DNA from: an uncultured delta proteobacterium
GTDB taxonomy: Bacteria > Myxococcota_A > Polyangia > Polyangiales > Polyangiaceae
Direction: 5' to 3'
Assembly (NCBI GenBank): GCA_963782055.1
Contig: CAWAIF010000003.1
Location: forward strand, 3,072,001-3,136,000
Length of the DNA stretch: 64,000 nt
Shown: piece by piece, positions 60,388 through 64,000 of the stretch
Position numbering within the stretch: position 1 is the first letter of the stretch
Layout of the letters: each line of letters begins with the position of its first letter
Notes under the pieces: model-generated
Told to the model about the DNA's origin: nothing
What the model saw: only the letters and a program-made list of their open reading frames with translations
The model's database searches: none
Translations under genes and position numbers: made by a program

Positions 60388-61875
60388 TCAGTGGGTGAGC
60401 TGTACCGTGTCGAGTACGTCGTCGTCGGCGACCTTGGTGCCCGAAGCCTTCAGCCCGTAGGCGTTGAGCGTGAGCTGGTTGCCCGAGAGCGTCAGCAGGG
60501 CGTAGGTGCCGATGTAGCTGGTGCCGTTGCCGAAGGCGGCGTTCTTCTCGCGGAAGGTGGAGGCGGTGGTGCCGACGGCGTACGGGTCGGCGCCGGCGCC
60601 GGCGCAGATGACGTAGACGGTGCCCTTGCCGACGACCGGATCGCCGCTCGGCGGGCTGCCCGCCTGGAGGGGCTTGGAGCGCTCGTACTCGTGGTCGTGG
60701 CCGTTGATGACCACGTCCACCTTGTACTTGTCGAACACCGGCGCGAGCTGCGAGCGCGCGTAGAGCACGTCGCCGTCGGTCGAGTGGTTGGAGGTCGAGT
60801 ACAGGCCGCGGTGGCTGATGACGACGATGAAGGGCACCTTGGCGCGGTTGGCGTCGGCGCGGGAGAGATCGCCGTCGAGCCAGCTCAGGATGGCGGCGCC
60901 GCCGGTGCTGCCTTCCTGCGAGACGGGCTGATCGTCGACCAGGACGAAGTGCGTGTTGCCCACGTCGAAGGACGCGTACTGCTCGGCGTAGTCCGGGTCG
61001 TCGCCCGGGATGGCGAAGTTCGCGTAGAACTGCGACGCCTCGTTCTCGTGGTTGCCGGCGATGGGCACCATCATCTGCTGGCCGAGCGTGATGAACTTGC
61101 CGCTCGCGTCGGGGTCCTGCCAGATGGCGTCGAGCCACTGGTCGTAGAGGTTGGACAGCGAGCCGATGTCGACGACGTCGCCGCCGACGAGCTGCATGGC
61201 GGCGCCGGCGTCGAGCATCCGGCGCTGCACGAGCTGCCAGGTGGAGACCTTGTCGCGCGCGTCGCCCAGCACGCCTACGGTGATGCTGCCGCTGTCGGGC
61301 ACCGTGGTGAAGGACTGCGTCGCGCTCCACACCTCCGAGCCCGTGGGGCCGCCGCCGACCTGGTAGTAGTAGGTCGTGGCGGGCTGGAGCCCGCAGACGT
61401 GGACCTCGTGCATGTACTCCGGCACGCCGGAGCTGAAGCCGATGGTCGGCGGAGGCGTGGTCCACGAGTAGCCCGCGTGGACGTCGGAGAGGGTGCCCGG
61501 GTCGGTGCCCATCTTCACCTTCGCCGCGTGGTCGGGCGCGGCCGTCTCCCAGGTGAAGGCGGCGGTGGTCGTGGGGTCGGCGTACCCCGCCTGCCCGCTG
61601 GTGGTGCCGCCACCCAGCCCGACGCGCACGCGCATCGGCGTGGCCTTGCTCGCGTCGTCGAAGGCGGAGGTGTCGTCGGCGGCCATGTCGGTGTAGCCGC
61701 GCGTCGCCGGGGGCGTCACCGTGTAGGCGCACCCGGCTGGCGAGTAGGTGAAGGAGGCGGTGCCCCCGTCGGCGCCGGTGCCGGCGTCGTCGCCGGTGTC
61801 ATGATTGGATTTTCCGGACCCGCAGCTCGTGACCGCGACGAGCAAGCCCAGCGAAGCCCACGTCAAAGCGCGCAT
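60388..61875 (-). CDS. Metallophosphoesterase lipoprotein, paralogue of 57171..58628
   Basis: VTSC lipobox; GDAR, GDVV, GNHE, SH, GHDHEYER. Confidence 0.88.
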   Translation of the reverse strand: MRALTWASLGLLVAVTSCGSGKSNHDTGDDAGTGADGGTASFTYSPAGCAYTVTPPATRGYTDMAADDTSAFDDASKATPMRVRVGLGGGTTSGQAGYADPTTTAAFTWETAAPDHAAKVKMGTDPGTLSDVHAGYSWTTPPPTIGFSSGVPEYMHEVHVCGLQPATTYYYQVGGGPTGSEVWSATQSFTTVPDSGSITVGVLGDARDKVSTWQLVQRRMLDAGAAMQLVGGDVVDIGSLSNLYDQWLDAIWQDPDASGKFITLGQQMMVPIAGNHENEASQFYANFAIPGDDPDYAEQYASFDVGNTHFVLVDDQPVSQEGSTGGAAILSWLDGDLSRADANRAKVPFIVVISHRGLYSTSNHSTDGDVLYARSQLAPVFDKYKVDVVINGHDHEYERSKPLQAGSPPSGDPVVGKGTVYVICAGAGADPYAVGTTASTFREKNAAFGNGTSYIGTYALLTLSGNQLTLNAYGLKASGTKVADDDVLDTVQLTH

Positions 61876-61913
61876 TCGATGCCTCCGCCGCCAGTCTCTT
61901 GCGGTGGCACGTC

Positions 61914-61946
61914 AAAGGGATGACGAGCGTGTGGCGGTCGTGTGTC
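61914..61946 (-). promoter_or_regulatory. Pho-box-like 11-bp repeats
   Basis: Minus strand GACACACGACC GCCACACGCTC GTCATCCCTTT, similar to GTCACACGATC before pstB. Confidence 0.55.
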
Positions 61947-61980
61947 GCCACCCGGATGTCACGCGCGCGACGTCGCGTCG

Positions 61981-62574
61981 TCACGTCCCCAGGCGGCGTC
62001 GCAGCACGGGGTAGGGCCCGTCGTCGTGGACGGTCGCGTAGCCCGCCTCCACGAACACCTCGAGCGGCCCCATCCACCGCTCCTCGTCGTGGATGGGGGC
62101 CTCCGCGCGCCGGGGGTACGCCTCGAGCGCCTGGCCGCCGCGCGCCCGCACGTAACCCTCCGCGCCGGCGACCAGGGCGCGAGCCACTCCGCGGCGCCGG
62201 TGGGCGGGGTCCACCAGGAAGCACCCCACCGACCACACCCCTTCGTCCGCGCCGAGGTCCAGCGCGCGGTAGACCGGCAGACCGCGCAGCCGGGGCAGCG
62301 CGCGCCGGGGAGCCAGCTTCATCCAGCCGACCGCGTCCTCGCCGAGCATCGCCACGAGGCCGCCGCCCGCCGGGTCCTCGTCGCGCACCAGCGCGGACTG
62401 CTCCTCCAGGCTGCGCTCCGGCTCGAAGGCGCACCGCGCGAGCCAGTCGTTCTTGTGCCCCTCGAAGTGCCAGTAGCGGCAGTAGCAAGGGCAGCTGGCG
62501 CGCTCGAAGAGCGCCGCCCAGGTGCCCAGCAGCCGGGCGTCGAGCGGGACGACGCGCAGATCGTCGGCGGTCAT
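61981..62574 (-). CDS. GNAT-family N-acetyltransferase
   Basis: CYCRYW N-terminal motif, CFLVDPAHRRRGVARAL acetyl-CoA motif, EAYP. Confidence 0.85.
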   Translation of the reverse strand: MTADDLRVVPLDARLLGTWAALFERASCPCYCRYWHFEGHKNDWLARCAFEPERSLEEQSALVRDEDPAGGGLVAMLGEDAVGWMKLAPRRALPRLRGLPVYRALDLGADEGVWSVGCFLVDPAHRRRGVARALVAGAEGYVRARGGQALEAYPRRAEAPIHDEERWMGPLEVFVEAGYATVHDDGPYPVLRRRLGT

Positions 62575-64000
62575 CTCGGGTCGGGGGCCGCGCGCGGCGC
62601 GTGGTGGCGCTCGCAGGCGGCGGCGAGGGCGAGCAGCGTCTCCTCGCCCAGGTGCTTGCCGATGATTTGGAGGCCCACCGGCAAGCCCCCCGACGTCGGC
62701 GCGCACGGCACGCTGACGGCGGGCAGCCCGGCGAGGCTCGGCGGCAGGGTGCACACGTCGGACATGTACATGGAGAGCGGGTCGCTCACCTTCTCGCCGA
62801 GCAGGAACGCGGGGGTGGGGGAGGTCGGGCACACCACCGCGTCGACGCCGGCGAAGGCGGCGTCGAAGTCGCGGCGGATGAGGGTGCGGACCTTCTGCGC
62901 CTTGAGGTAGTAGGCGTCGTAGTACCCGGCGGACAGCACGAAGGTGCCGAGCAGGATGCGCCGCTTCACCTCCCGCCCGAAGCCCGCGTCGCGCGTGTCG
63001 CCGTAGATCTGCTTCAGGTCGCGGCTTCGCTCGACGCGCAGGCCGTAGCGGATGCCGTCGAAGCGCGCCAGGTTGCTCGAGGCCTCCGCGGTGGCGATCA
63101 CGTAGTACGTGGCCACGGCGTGGCGCGTGTGCGGCAGGGTGATGGGCTTCACCTCGCAGCCGTCCTTCTGCAGCTCGGCGATGGCGGCGCGCACGCTGGC
63201 CTCCACCTCGGCGTCCACGCCCTCGCCGAAGTACTCGGCGGGGACGCCCAGGCGCAGGCCCTTCACCGCCCCGTCGCACGCGGCCTCGAAGCGGCCGACC
63301 GGCGCGGTGAGCGAGGTGGCGTCCTTGGGGTCGTGGCCGGCGATCACCTCCAGGATGCGCGCGGCGCCGCGCACGTCGCTGGCGAAGGGGCCGACCTGGT
63401 CCAGGCTGGAGGCGAAGGCGATGAGGCCGTAGCGCGACACCCGCCCGTAGGTGGGCTTGATGCCGACGACGCCGGTCAGGGCTGCGGGCTGCCGGATGGA
63501 CCCGCCGGTGTCGCTCCCCAGCGAGCCCGGTGTCATGCGCGCGGCCACCGACGCCGCGCTCCCGCCGGACGACCCGCCGGGGATGCGCGCGGTGTCCCAC
63601 GGGTTTTTGCACGGCCCGTAGGCGCTGTTCTCGTTGGACGAGCCCATCGCGAACTCGTCCATGTTGGTCTTGCCGGGGAGCAGCGCGTCCGCGGCGCGCA
63701 GCCGCGCGACCACCGTGGCGTCGTACGGCGGCACGTAGCCCTCGAGGATCTTGGAGCCGCTGGAGGTCGTCATCCCGCGGGTGCACAGCGCGTCCTTGAT
63801 CGCCACCGGCACGCCGGCGAGCGGTCCGAGCGCCTCGCCGCGCGCGCGCTTCTCGTCGACGGCCTTCGCCTGCGCCATCAGCGACTCGCGGGAGGTGGTG
63901 AGGAAGGCGTGGATGCCGGGGTCGATCCTCTCGATGCGCGCCAGCGCGGCCTCGGCGACGTCCTGCGCGCGCACCTCGCCTTGCTTCACCTTCGCGGCGA
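62571..64000 (-). CDS. gatA: Asp/Glu-tRNA amidotransferase subunit A (5' end outside window)
   Basis: GKTNMDEFAMGSS, GGSSGGSAA, GSDTGGSIRQPA, SNLARFDG, EVKRRILLG. Confidence 0.95.
   Translation of the reverse strand, partial: AAKVKQGEVRAQDVAEAALARIERIDPGIHAFLTTSRESLMAQAKAVDEKRARGEALGPLAGVPVAIKDALCTRGMTTSSGSKILEGYVPPYDATVVARLRAADALLPGKTNMDEFAMGSSNENSAYGPCKNPWDTARIPGGSSGGSAASVAARMTPGSLGSDTGGSIRQPAALTGVVGIKPTYGRVSRYGLIAFASSLDQVGPFASDVRGAARILEVIAGHDPKDATSLTAPVGRFEAACDGAVKGLRLGVPAEYFGEGVDAEVEASVRAAIAELQKDGCEVKPITLPHTRHAVATYYVIATAEASSNLARFDGIRYGLRVERSRDLKQIYGDTRDAGFGREVKRRILLGTFVLSAGYYDAYYLKAQKVRTLIRRDFDAAFAGVDAVVCPTSPTPAFLLGEKVSDPLSMYMSDVCTLPPSLAGLPAVSVPCAPTSGGLPVGLQIIGKHLGEETLLALAAACERHHAPRAAPDPR

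Overview
Very GC-rich window whose gene content points to a myxobacterium (Myxococcota, probably Polyangiaceae-like; inference from Ser/Thr kinases with PEGA domains, a CglF-like gene and pilin types). It is mostly dense chromosomal backbone: TonB receptor, ABC transporter, nagZ-hutI-GMC oxidase, rimO, carA, tRNA-Leu(CAG), glnD, truB and gatA. I found no CRISPR array, rRNA or mobile element. Two loci stand out. (1) 14.4-26.7 kb is a type IV pilin locus with a PilR-like activator and four pilin paralogues sharing a GD(L/M)DG(N/D)G motif. It is interrupted by four GT-C-type membrane glycosyltransferase candidates, two of them TMTC-like with TPRs, and is a candidate pilin O-glycosylation system. 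(2) A phosphate-starvation regulon comprises a PhoR-like kinase, pstB-phoU-pstSCA-phoU and a porin, plus a distant phosphatase-porin-phosphatase cassette. All share an 11-bp-periodic Pho-box-like motif. Also seen: -10 boxes 6-9 nt before many start codons (probable leaderless mRNAs), an internal promoter/RBS inside a kinase-PEGA gene, and one frameshifted lipoprotein gene. Product calls come from motif recognition only; no database searches were run.
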